Shown: positions 12,852-24,485, counted from the stretch's first letter. The stretch: DNA of 64,000 nucleotides from Octopus sinensis (GCF_006345805.1 NC_042999.1:46066001-46130000); one strand, 5' to 3'. Translations and numbers: made by a program. The notes: generated by a model not told the origin, from the letters alone.

Positions 12852-13012
12852 GTAATTCCATACCTGCTGTGGCTAGGAATGGATCAATGCCACCCGGGAT
12901 TGCCATGACACCAGGTGAATCAGCACAAACTAGTTTCAACTACTTGCCTCCAGAGAATGGTTATCATCAGCGTCCTCAAATTTCTCAAGGCTACCACCCT
13001 TATCGACGTTGA
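12852..13012 (+). CDS. Terminal coding exon of a probable RNA-binding protein (DAZAP1/Musashi-like C-terminus with PY-NLS-like end)
   Basis: Acceptor tatattttcag, phase 1. Translates (G)NSIPAVARNGSMPPGIAMTPGESAQTSFNYLPPENGYHQRPQISQGYHPYRR*. Non-repetitive, P/G/Y/Q-rich. The ending resembles human DAZAP1 (..QGFHPYRR*). The family call rests on the C-terminus only. Confidence 0.8.
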
Positions 13013-13102
13013 TGGGTGTGTGGTCAGTTCATTTGGCCGTTTTTACTGTTGTTAATGTTAAAAATGTTTTTTTTTTTTCGGACTCATTCATGAATGGAAT
13101 TC

Positions 13103-13108
13103 AATAAA
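13103..13108 (+). terminator. Candidate polyadenylation signal AATAAA
   Basis: Lies 90 nt after the stop codon in AT-rich 3' UTR-like sequence. Confidence 0.4.
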
Positions 13109-13312
13109 TATAATATTCATTGAAGCACTGAAATAACCATATTTTCATAAAACAGACAATTTAAAGTCTCATTTAAAATTAAATACAATTTGCAATTATT
13201 TAATTATATTTGTTTAGTTTCTTTCTTTATTGTTTTGTTCTTGTTTTACTGTTGTGAACTCCAAATATTAAATTATCTAATTACTTCTAAGGGGCAGCAT
13301 GTCTTCACTAAT

Positions 13313-13560
13313 GCGAAGGCCCATGGCTCAGTGGTTAGAGTATCAGGCTCATAACCATGAGATAGTGAGTTCAAATTCCGCCGAGGTCGACTTTGCCTTT
13401 CATCCTTTCAGGGTCGATTAAATAAGTACCAGTTACGCACTGGGGTCAATATAATCAACTTAATCCATTTGTCTGTCCTTGTTTGTCCCCTCTGTGTGTG
13501 GCCCCTTGTGGGTAGTAAAGAAATGAGATAGTGAATTTGATTTCTTGAGCAAGACACATT
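13313..13560 (+). mobile_element. Family C SINE head interrupted by a 5'-truncated family B SINE
   Basis: 12-bp direct repeat atgagatagtga at 13357-13368 and 13523-13534 brackets the B insert. Confidence 0.7.
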
Positions 13561-14227
13561 AGTGAAGACATAGCTACTACCTTTGAGATTACCTCTTTGG
13601 CCCTTAAACTGGCTGTCTCTGGCCCGAATATTCTCCCTGTTTTATGCTTAAACTGGCTGGAGCTGGGCCCTCACACCTTCTTTTCAGAGTAATCCTAAAA
13701 ACGAACAATCTCTATGGTTTGAGTCTCAGAGTCTCAATGTTCTACAATTTGCCAAAAAGCTAAAAATAAAGAAAAGAAATTGCATGTGTTGTAATTGTAT
13801 CTCAGTTAGTCATTAGATTGAGTATCCCCTATTGGAATCAAGGTGAAGGAGAGTTATAGTCAAAAACTTTCAAAGTTTGACCATCCTGCCTTTTTAAGGA
13901 AGTGTATTTAGAACCACAGATAACATGTCCACTCTGTTTCTAAGGTGATATGCTATTTCTACGACGTCAAGTGACCCTATAAAGCTCCCTTGAGTCAAGG
14001 ACGTCGACTACGCATAGAAAGGTATACTTGTAAATCGAGTTCTTGAGGATATTGACTTTACTATTATCTATATCTACTCTTCATGAGTTCAGACATGATG
14101 CCTGAGTGGATAAGGACGTTCTTGGAGTACCTGTTTCGTAGTTTATAACTTAAAAATCTACCTATGGATTCTGATTGTGTTTTTAAGCAGAGCACTTTAT
14201 TCTACAGTGTTTTAGTTTATATAAAGT

Positions 14228-14562
14228 AAAGACCCCACCTTTGGTCATGACCACGGGATTGCATCTAGAAAGTTCCCCTCTGAGGCACAAGTCTAGGCAA
14301 GGTTGCTTATGGAAGATCAGCAGTCGCCCGTGCACACCAGCCTCCCCTCTCCACGCCATCAGTGTTACCCAAGGGAAATGGCAAAGGCTAATACAGCTCG
14401 GCACCAGTGACACCGCCACCCATTTCTACAGCTGAGTAAACTGAACAATGTGAAATAAAGTGTCTTGCTCAAGAACACAACACACAACCCGATCCGCAAA
14501 TCAAACTCACTATCTCATGGTTATTAGCCTGATGCTCTACCCACTGAGCCATGTGCCTTCAC
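14228..14562 (-). mobile_element. Family C SINE with long 3' module
   Basis: tRNA head at about 14490-14562. The 3' module (cccc..ggtcatga..gattgcatctagaaagttcccc) recurs at 29500-29690, 31365-31570 and 32995-33180. Confidence 0.8.
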
Positions 14563-15227
14563 ATTAGTCTATATAACAGTTGCACATTGATACTAATAGA
14601 TCAGCAAAGGCTAGAGTCCACAAACAGCCTCAGTTCATCACATTTCCTTCTATTCCTTTACATGCCATGTTAGACAGATGCCATTTATCATGAGTCATCA
14701 AACTCAGCTTGTAATGGAGTGCACCATTCAATGTACCATTTTCTATTTTTGTCAGAAGGAAAGCCAGTGCCTGTAACTCTTTGTGAAAAGGTTACAAGAA
14801 CTACAACTGTTGAGAAGGTGGAGGAGGAAGGCGTCCTTAAACTGGAGACCTGATTCTAATACTTACATCAAAGGAGACTCTACTGTCAAAGGCACCCAAG
14901 GTGCCAAGCAACGGTGTTAAACTGGAGAGTGGATTAGGTCTTCTATCGAAGTTGGCTATGGTAGGATTTGAACTTAGAATGCAAAGAGCCTGTATAGCTA
15001 TTTCAGATTACCAACCATTCAGCTTACCTCCTGGTAACTTGAAGTTGTGTTCAGCTTACCGGTGGGTAGGATGAGATCGATTTCAAATTATTCCTGGGGT
15101 AATTTGATATTGATTTCATTCTATCTTCTACAAGTTCAGATTACCCCTCAAATTCTTCCCCAAATGTTTGTCTTCCTGATGGCAAATAGAAGAATCGTCA
15201 TTATTTTTATTATTATCATTATTATAT

Positions 15228-15660
15228 TAAGGCGGCGAGCTGGCAGAAATGTTAGCACGTTGAGAAAAAAATTTAATGGCGTTTCGTCTGTTTTTACATT
15301 TTGAGTTCAAATTCCACGAGGGTCGACTTCACCTTTCATCCTTTTGGTACCAGTTAAGTACTGGGATCGATGTAATCGACTTGCCCCTTCTCCAAAATTC
15401 CAGGCCTTGTGCCATTAGTAGAAAAGATCGTTATAATAATTAATTAAGGCAGTGGACTAGTAGAATCGTTAGTATGCCATGCAACATGCTTAGCGGCATT
15501 TCGTTCCACTTTACGTTCTGAGTTCAAATTCCACCGAGGTCGACTTTGTCTTTCACCCTTTCGAAGTCAATGAAATAGGTATCAATTGAACACTAAGGGT
15601 CGATATAATTGACAACCCACTCCTTCAAATTTGAGGCCTTGTGCCAAATGTAAAAAGAAT
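15228..15660 (+). mobile_element. Two tandem older family B SINEs
   Basis: Family B head, B box and central domain present twice. Confidence 0.75.
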
Positions 15661-16896
15661 CACTACAGTTATTTTTTCTGTAGCTTATAAATATTATTAC
15701 GAGAAAAGAATAATTTATAATACAGGTTTCACAAGGGAGATAACAACCAAACCCATTAATGTGTGTTTTCTGTGTGTGTATCCGTTATGTACATGTGTAT
15801 AAATCACAAAGAAAGTTTTGGAGCTTTCACTTGCTTAAAGTTGTAAAAGTTGCAGAAATTTTATAAAAGTATATTTTTAAAAAATGACTACTTTTAGTGC
15901 ATAACAAGAAGGATCTCTTCAGTTTGACTCACAGATTTTTTAATTATTTGTTTTTTATCTAAACAGTTTGAAACTTCGTATACTGGTATAATTTCTCTCG
16001 CTGAACACGGGTTACTTTCAGCATTTTAAAGAAAATTTCGTCTTTTAGAAGTTATTTCCTGTTAATGTTGTATTTGGGTAATTTTAACCAATCAACGATG
16101 TGTATTCAGCTGAAGAAACCTACTGCTTTTTGCGATAGTAATCGAAGAGCAACAACTTCCGGGTCTATAAAATCTGTGAGCCAAACCGAAGAGATCCCAC
16201 AAGAAAAATGTGACAATATTGATTTGATTTTTGATTATGTCGTTAACAACGAATATAGACTTCATGTGTCCAAAAATGTAAAGGTAGGCTTTCTGAATGT
16301 TTCACGGAGTGGCCAAGAAGAGAGAGAGAGAGAGAGAGAAGGAGAGAGGGAGCTGAAAATGAAATAAAGAGAAGTATTGGTCATCCACATTCTGGATAAA
16401 CAGGAGAATGTGATTAAAAGTATTCACATGGGCGTAGAGATAGTGAGGCTTGCTGCTTTTCAGAAGTAATTTTGCTATCGACAGAACCAAGGCTAAAATA
16501 TTAGAGAGACTTTCCAGGTAAAATGTAGACAGAGATATCAAAGAATTTGTTTTGTTTTGGGATCAGTGTCAGAAATTTAACCCCGTTTGCAAAACTAATA
16601 AAGGGAACCTCATCCAGTTTCTCTGCCAAATGAAGTGGTGGTCCAAATTGGTGTTGATATAACAAATCTGCCGGAAAAAAATTATGGTTATTGCTGTATT
16701 GTTGTAACTGACTACTTCTGCAAATGGCTTGAGGATTGACCATTAAAAGATCACATTTCGGACGGTGGCACACCGTTTTCGTTTGGGGATGTTATTTGTT
16801 GACACAGGTGCATAAAAATCCAGATTAATGATCAAGGAAGTGAGTTCGTTAACAAAATGTCAGCAGACCTCCATAAATTGACAGGAACACAACAGC

Positions 16897-16960
<64 letters not shown>

Positions 16961-16963
<3 letters not shown>

Positions 16964-17077
16964 CCTGCTCGCTTAGCCAGCGGGGTGGCGTCATTCGAAG
17001 GCTAAAACAATGCGAACGCATTGTGACCAGCGATGTGTAGCAACATCTGATGGTCTGGTCGGTCACGTGATCTACGT

Positions 17078-17080
<3 letters not shown>
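16961..17080. mobile_element. 120-bp GC-rich insertion flanked by (TA)n on both sides
   Basis: tggcctgctcgcttagccagcgg...ggtcacgtgatctacgtgag embedded in (TA)n inside the integrase relic. No TIRs or ORF. Confidence 0.6.
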
Positions 17081-17126
<46 letters not shown>

Positions 17127-17346
17127 CAAGCGCTTATTTAGTGGCGTATGGTGGTTGTATTGGGTGTACTGTCACCCAATGCCACCAAATTTCAAGCAAG
17201 AGTATAACAAAAGTTTTCCATTAAAATTTGTAATTAAATTAACTAATAAGGTTACTATCTATAATGAATTTGCCATTCTCGATGGGTGTGCAGCGCACGC
17301 CTAGTACACCCGGTGCTTATCACTCTCAAGCAAATAAGCTTGTGTA

Positions 17347-17600
17347 GAGGTGCGTGGCTTAGTGGTAAGGGTATTGGATTCAGGATCGTAAGATTGTGGT
17401 TTCGATTCCTGGAATGGTGACACAACGTGTTCTTGAGCAAAATACCTCATTTCACGTTGTTCCAATTCACTCAGCTGACAAAAATGAGTAATTCTGCGAT
17501 GGACCACAGTCCCGTTCAGGTGAGGAATGTATACGACATGGAGACCTGGAAACCGGCCCTTAGGAGTCAGCATGACTCGAGAAAGTAGCTTTACCTTACC
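17347..17600 (+). mobile_element. Family C SINE
   Basis: gaggtgcgtggcttagtggtaagg..ggtttcgattcc..tgttcttgagcaaaatacc, ending in (cctta)n. Confidence 0.75.
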
Positions 17601-18162
17601 TTGTGGAATGTCAGAATTGAACTGTTGAAGATATTTTTATCCACTCCCCCGAGGACTGTCCCAACTGGGCTGAATGCTTACCAGCAGTTCTGGTTTTGTT
17701 TAACGAACAGCTAAACGTTACTACTCTTCCGAACAGTATTATAATTCCTCAAGTTGTTTCTAATATAAATATAGTGCGGTCTGTTTAAAAAACGAACAAT
17801 ATGATAGAAAACACAAGCGACAGCTGTTTAGTGTTGGAAATAAATTTCTGCTCAAAAACCTTATACAAGAGAACAGAAAGGAAGGGACATTTTTCGGAGT
17901 GCTGCACTGTTCCTTATACTTTTGCAAAAGTTTTCTGTCAAAAATACCGATCGATTTCCAGTCAAATAACAATAAAGTGCTTGAAAAAGAAGTAAATGTC
18001 AACAATATCATCCAAAATACTGAGCAACCACTAGCAAGAAAAAATGGAAATCAAGATACCCTTACTTCAAACTAACTGCAGGTTTTTTTGGTTTTTTTTA
18101 TGTATATAAGGATATGTTAGACTAGCAATATAAACTATATAAATAACTTTCATTTTTGTATA

Positions 18163-18502
18163 TAGGCGCAGGAGTGGCTGTGTGGTAAGTAGCTTGCTTA
18201 CCAACCACATGGTTCCGGGTTCAGTCCCACTGCGTGGCACCTTGGGCAAGTGTCTTCTACTGTAGCCGACCAAAGCCTTGTGAGTGACGGAAACTGAAAA
18301 GAAACCCGTCGTTTATATGTATATAAATATGTTTGTGTGTCTGTGTTTGTCTGGTGTGTCTTCATAAACTTAGCGGTTCGGCAAAAGAAACTGATAGAAT
18401 AAGTACTTGGCTTACAAAGAATAAGTTCTGGGGTCGATTTGCTCGACTAAATGCGGTGCTCCAGCATGGCCGCAGTCAAATGACTGAAACGAGTAAAGAG
18501 TA
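18163..18502 (+). mobile_element. Family A SINE
   Basis: taggcgcaggagtggctgtgtggtaag head through gactgaaacgagtaaagag tail. Confidence 0.9.
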
Positions 18503-18654
18503 AATAAATCATTCTATACGCATCTTAAATGTATAAACATATTCTGTTTGGTACATAAAATGGATATCGTTTGCATTTAAAGTGTATTACTATACGCTGT
18601 TTTGTATAATATGTTTCAATCGTATTTGAATCTTATAAATTTGCTTGTAATTAT

Positions 18655-19124
18655 ATTTCTTCTTCTTAATCCTTTTTTCCTCTTGTGGAGCATAGGGTCT
18701 CAACAGTTGTTTTCTACTTTTTGCGGTCATTGGTGTGTTTCTTGGCTGCTTCCCATGTCAGGCCAGTGGTCCTGAGCTTCCATGTCTGCTTCGGGCGTCC
18801 TCGCTTCCTTTTCCCCAGCAGGTTCCAGTAAAGTGCTTGTCATGTCACATTTGAGGGTTCTTTCCGCAGTATGTGTCCGATCCATCTCCATTTCCTTCGT
18901 CTAATCTGAACATGTAAGGGCTCCTGGTTGACCCTTTCCCACAGGTCGGTGTTCGGCACTCTGTCGAACCACTTTAGATGGAGGATCTGCCGGAGACATC
19001 TGTTAATAAAGGTCTGGATCTTCTTGTAGTTTTTGCAGGTGGCTCTCCATGTTTCAGAGCCATATAAAAGCACAGACTTTACGTTTGAACTAAATAATCG
19101 GAGTTCAGTTCGAGTTACATTCAC
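18655..19124 (-). mobile_element. RTE-clade LINE 3' end (second family)
   Basis: FSSNVKSVLLYGSETW..FINRCLRQIL..RRRKWRWIGHILRK..KRKRGRPKQTW, with a (gaa)n tail. Confidence 0.9.
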
Positions 19125-21174
19125 TTGTCAATAATTTTGAACTGAAATAACAGTTATAAATTATCAGAAAGCAAAACAAAACTAATACTTTCAAATGCAA
19201 ACAAAATATGTATTTATACACTTCAAATACAAATGAAATATATTTATGAAGAAAAAAATTCTTCGGCAATAAATCCTCTAATCCAAAGCAGTTTCTCATT
19301 AGATATAACAATCACATTAGTAGAATAAACTATCCTGCTACGACTGGGTGACCGAGGAATTAAACAGAGTAACGTATATGAAGTAACTTTACATGAAGGC
19401 ATGAGACGTCCAGTTTTCTATAATTCCCACCGTTTCATGGTTCCGGCAGAGGAAATGGAAAAGGCGTTGCCCATTTGGATGGCGAGGGAAATGCACTGGA
19501 ACAGCCGCTCTGACTCACAAGACTAGCCATCTCCGCCTCGAAAGCTGTGAGTAGGGATACGATCCGGGGGCTCAGAACATCAAAGGTCTACACTGCCACA
19601 GGCTCAACCATAAACCTGCCAGAAAGCAAACCGTTCCTCGACAGTTATTTGCAAACTCAGAATTCAAAGTATTCTTACATTTACACCAATCCATCTACCT
19701 AGATTAGACGCTGGAAGGATGAAAGTTAAAGTTTACCTCGACTGGATTTGAACTCAGAACGCAGAGAGTCTCGGCATGCTCTGTGCAGAAACTAGTAAAA
19801 TTAGTAAAATTCTTTATGAATTTCTTAATCTAAATCATTTTGCATTTTATACACGGAGAATTTAAAAGCTGATTCGAAATAAATACGCAGAGAAAGTACT
19901 ACAGCACCTAGGGGAGATAACTCTCAAACATGCTTTGGTAGTGTTACGATTACGTGCGAGGTATACTTTTTTATTACTTAACCTAAATGGCGAAAGAATC
20001 ACGAAGGAATTGTGATTATCTGACAGAGGTCGAGCGGAGAAATTCTTCTGGCTTCGAAACTTCAAATACATTTACGATAACAAGATTTAATTTTTTTTAG
20101 TCTAAATTTGTTTTCGTCCATTCAGTCAAAATAGGGCTTGCTTTAATCAAATATCCCCTTCTATCCAATTCAAGTCTTTATGCTAACGTCAGACCTATTT
20201 AATTTAAACGTTTTTTTTTGTTTTTTATTTTGCTTGCGGGTAGGGGAAGCGACTCTGGCAATTGTGATTCATTTCTAACTATTTCGCTAAGTATAGTGAA
20301 GGATATATGTTTAAAGTTCACGTCCTGGCTGGTGAAAAAGTGAAAAAAAAAAATTATTATTTTGTTTACATAAAAGTTTAAACAAAAAATGAATATCTGA
20401 ATTGTATATCAGTTCGGACCAAACCGATCTGGTGGTTTTACTGAATAAACAGTTTATCATGGTAGAATAGTTGATGTTTTTGTAGTTCTTTTTTTTTTTT
20501 CACGAATAAGTGAATCACCAGACATAAGCGATATCAGCCAAGGAACGGAGTCCAGAGGCCCTGTTTTTAAGCAAGTTCGGTTCCTCAGCACATGGTTGTA
20601 GCTCATCGAAAATTAGAAGACCGGCTCAAACGCGCAGTAACGAAGTATGATCCTGATGACACTGAATAAGATCCATCTTAGAAAGGGCAGAGGATCGACT
20701 TCTTCCCTATGCGACTAGCTAATAACAAAATGTAGAGCTAAAGTTCTGTGCAAAATTGCACCATCTTAATCAAATTCTGCACTTTTGTTGCGGTAAAACT
20801 TCTAATTTTCCCCGATTGCTGTTTACAGTGGAAGAAATGGTAAGCTTCGTGAGATTCAAACTGGTGAGTAAACGCCGCTTAATCTTCAGCATGGTCAAGC
20901 CGACAATTCGGTCGGTTAAATGAAGAGTGGAACACAGATACCTTAGAAGTCAACTATTCAAGGATGATGCATTCAGAGGAGAACAGCTGCTAGAAAACTC
21001 AATCATAGACCACCTTCCAGTCAAGAAGCAACAACAAAACCTAATTGAAAATACATTAAGGCGGTGTTCCAGAATGGCTGCAGTGCTATCATTAAAAATA
21101 CGCACACACACACACATAGGCGCGTGAATATGTGTGTGAGTTTGTGTGTGAGCTGATATGTGATTCATATTGTT

Positions 21175-21960
21175 TCAATAATGTACCAGGATTTTCCAAC
21201 TTCCTGGAAGATTGGTCGAAAACTTCCTGGAAAGATCCGAGGATTTCATGGAATGCTATGAGGTTTCCACTTCCTGGAAAATTAGTCGAAAACATCCTGG
21301 AACGTCCCCAGGATTTCCTGGAAAGTTCCGATGATTTTTCCCACTTCCTGGAAAATTGGTCGAAAGTTTCCTGGAAAGTTTCGAGGATTTCATGGAATGT
21401 TCCGATGATTTTCCAAGTTCATGGAAAATTGGTCGAAAACTTCCTGGAAAGTCCCGAGAATTTCATGCAATGTTCCGAGGATTTTCCCACTTTCTGGAAA
21501 ATTAATCGAGAAATTCATGGGAAGTGCCGAAGATTTCATGGAATGTTCCGAGGATTTCCCAACTACCTGGCAAATTGGTCGAAAACTTCCTGGAAAGTCC
21601 CGAGGAATTCAAGGAATGTTCCGAGGATCTTCCCACTTACGGGAAAATTGGTAAAAAACTTCATGGAAAGTTCCGGTGATTTCATGGAATGTTCCGAGGA
21701 TTTGCCCACTTCCTCGAAAATCGGTCGAAAACTTCCTGGAAAGCCCCGATAATTTCATGGAATGTTTCGAGGATTTTCCCACTTCCTGGAAAATTGATCG
21801 AGAAATTCATGGAAAGTTCCGAGGATTTCATGGAATGTTCCAGTGGTTTTCCCACTTCCTGGAAAATTAACCGAAAGCATCCTGGAAAGTCCCGAGGTTT
21901 CATGGAATGTTCCAAGGATTTTCCCACTTCCTTGAAAATTAGTTGAGAACTTCCTGGAAG
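21175..21960. repeat. Tandem satellite, about 73-bp unit x about 11, three sub-repeats per unit
   Basis: Unit tttcccacTTCCTGGAAaattggtcgaaaacTTCCTGGAAagtcccgaggatTTCATGGAAtgttccgaggat. Spacing between equivalent positions is 72-74 bp. Confidence 0.95.
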
Positions 21961-22350
21961 TGCAGGCACAAGGCCTCAGATTTGTGGGGTGGGGACTAGT
22001 CGATTATATCGACTCTAGTGTCTCATTGGTATTGAATTTATTGACGGCGAAAGGATGAAAGGCAAAGTCGACCTCGGCGGAATTTGAACTCAGAACGTAG
22101 CGACGGGCGAAATACCTATTTCTTTATTACTCACAAGGGGCTAAACATAGAGGGGACAAACAAGGACAGACAAACGGATTAAGTCGATTACATCGACTCC
22201 AGTGCGTAACTGGTACTTAATTTATCGATCCCGAAAGGATGTAAGGGAAAGTCGACCTCGGTGGAATTTGAACTCAGAACGTAACGGCAGACGAAATACG
22301 GCTACGCATTTCGCCCGGCGTGCTAATGGTTCTGCCAGCTCGCTGCCTTA
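21961..22350 (-). mobile_element. Family B SINE dimer (young long-tail copy joined to an older short-tail body)
   Basis: Two B boxes and two central domains. Junction at about 22115 (aaagaaatag|gtatttcgcccg on the minus strand). Confidence 0.85.
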
Positions 22351-22388
<38 letters not shown>

Positions 22389-22504
22389 GAAGAAGAAGAA
22401 GAAGAAGAAGGAGAAGAAGAAGAAGGGTTTAAGATTTTGGCATAAGGCAAGCAATTTCGTGGTAGGAGAATGAGTCGAATACGTCGACCCCAGTACTCAA
22501 CCGG

Positions 22505-23230
22505 TACTTATTTTGTCAACCCAGAACTTTCGTCTCTACTTTTATTTTCGATGCGTTTGTTGAAGGAGCACTTTCTGTCCTACTTTAAATCAACTTTGGT
22601 GTGCCACAAGATTCGGCTTTGTTACCCATTCTCTTCTTTCAATATATCAATCAGTTACTTGCTGGTACGTCCAATAACGTCCATCCTTACGCAGATGATA
22701 CAGCTTTTCATTCGTCTCTAATCTTTCCTAATCACATATCATTCATACGCAATCTAGATACCATACATTAAATCTGCATTGACTATGTGAATGGAAACCG
22801 CGAAAGTATCTTCCATTAGGGTTATGCCAACTTTTCTCTTTCAACAGCAAAACCCTCACATCACATATCACTTAAACAGGAGCAGAATTCAAATAAGGCC
22901 TCACTATCACTGGGGATCTCTTCTAGCAAAAACACATTCTTAACATAGCTCAGACCACACCCACAAAGGAGGGTTTTCTCCTCAGGCCCCCAAATTCTTC
23001 AGATCTCAACAATTACTGATACTCTGCAAAGAGAGACTCTCAACAGAGTGAGCTCCCACATCTGAAACAAGTGTAGGAGCATATTGTTACACACTGACAT
23101 CCTGAGCGCATCTAGAGCAAAGCTGTTCGACTGAATGGCATAAAATCGCTCACAGACACACTCCAATTCCCGATTCACAAGCCTGTTGTCTCTTTTCTGT
23201 CTTCTCTATCGCTTACTATTACGGCCTCAG
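22505..23230 (+). mobile_element. Decayed CR1-group (Daphne/Crack-like) LINE RT fragment
   Basis: INFGVPQDSALLPILFFQYINQLL..SNNVHPYADDT..GLTITGDL..QKHILNIA..SKAVRL motifs with stops. Confidence 0.75.
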
Positions 23231-23239
23231 TTACCCGAA

Positions 23240-23818
23240 GACAGATGGCAGAAACGTTAGCACGCCGGGCGAAATGCGTAGCCGTATTTCGTCTGCCGTT
23301 ACGTTGTGAGTTCAAATTCCACCGAGGTCGACTTTGCCTTTCATCCTTTCGGGGTCGATTAAATAAAGTACCAGTTACGCACTGGGGTCGATGTAATCGA
23401 CTTAATCCGTTTGTCTGTCACTGTTTGTCCCCTCTGTGTTTAGCCCCTTGTGGGTAGTAAAGAAATAGGCATTTCGCCCGTCGCTACATTCTGAGTTCAA
23501 ATTCCGCCGAGGTCGACTTTGCCTTTCATCCTTTCGGGGTCGATTAAATAAAGTACTAGTTACGCAGCACTGGAGTCGATGTAATCGACTTAATCCGTTT
23601 GTCTGTCATTGTTTGTCCCTTCTGTGTTTAGCCCCTTGTGGGTAGTAAAGAAATAGGCATTTCGCTCGTCGCTACATTCTGAGTTCAAATTCCGCCGAGG
23701 TCGACTTTGCCTTTCATCCTTTCGCGGTCAATAAATTCAATACCAATGAGACACTAGGGTCGATATAATCGACTTGTCCCCACCCCACAAATCTGAGGCC
23801 TTGTGCCTGCAGTAGAAA
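23240..23818 (+). mobile_element. Family B SINE trimer
   Basis: Body repeated three times, with junctions aaagaaatag|gcatttcg at about 23470 and 23660. Confidence 0.85.
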
Positions 23819-24485
23819 TGACTGTTATTAATAGCAACAGCAGCAACATCGGAAACGATGGAAAACTGGGAAGAGCAAAGCGCCGGATTAGATACCTTAC
23901 AGCATTTAGAATATAGTAGTGTCGATCTACGTTCTGAGTTCGAATCCCATTGTGGTGGATGTTTATTTTTAATGCCTCCAAACCACTTCCAGTACATTAT
24001 ACATGACTATATACTTCCGTTACACATTTACAGCTTTTATGGTACTGTAAGAAATCTATATTTGTTTCCAAAGCAAACCACTTTACAAGAAAACACTTCA
24101 GCTATTATATAATCGATACAGTTTTATATAATCAATACGAAAGAACTTTTGACACAAAATATTCTAGCTTTTGCTTTTTTTCTCCTCCAGCAAATAAAAA
24201 CCGAAAACCAAAGTCTGAGGAAATTAACTGTTGTCTGCATCCGTGAAAATCATTACAATTTTCTGGAAACGTCAGTTCTTCTGTCTCTCCACGGCACCCG
24301 AACTTATCCAAATTTTTAATTTTACTCTACTACACCGTTTAGCACACGCACACACATATATATGTACACAGATACACACTCACACACACATGTATGCACA
24401 TGCGCCTCGTATACTTGCACAAAGACACACACGGAAGCAGTAAATATTTTCTTTCTGTTCAGGCATAAAGAATAGAAAAGCATGA

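Larger units (their letters stand above)
16377..17960 (+). pseudogene. Decayed Gypsy-type DDE integrase (GIN/Ginger-like), interrupted by insertions
   Basis: Zn-binding remnant (IHMG..RDIKEFVLFWDQCQK), core IGVDITNLPE..VTDYFCKW..INDQGSEFVN..LTGTQQ / ITSAY (17123) / LVECQN*T (17600), then YDRKHKRQLFSVGNKFLLKN. Multiple stops and frameshifts. Confidence 0.85.

Noticed and set aside
21175-21960. CRISPR-like appearance of the palindromic repeat array
   Set aside because: Intervening sequences are homologous rather than unique spacers, there are no cas genes, and the context is eukaryotic.
21132-21969. 206-aa and shorter ORFs with repeated NWSKTSWK
   Set aside because: Read-through of the 73-bp satellite; the unit length is not a multiple of three and frames shift between units.
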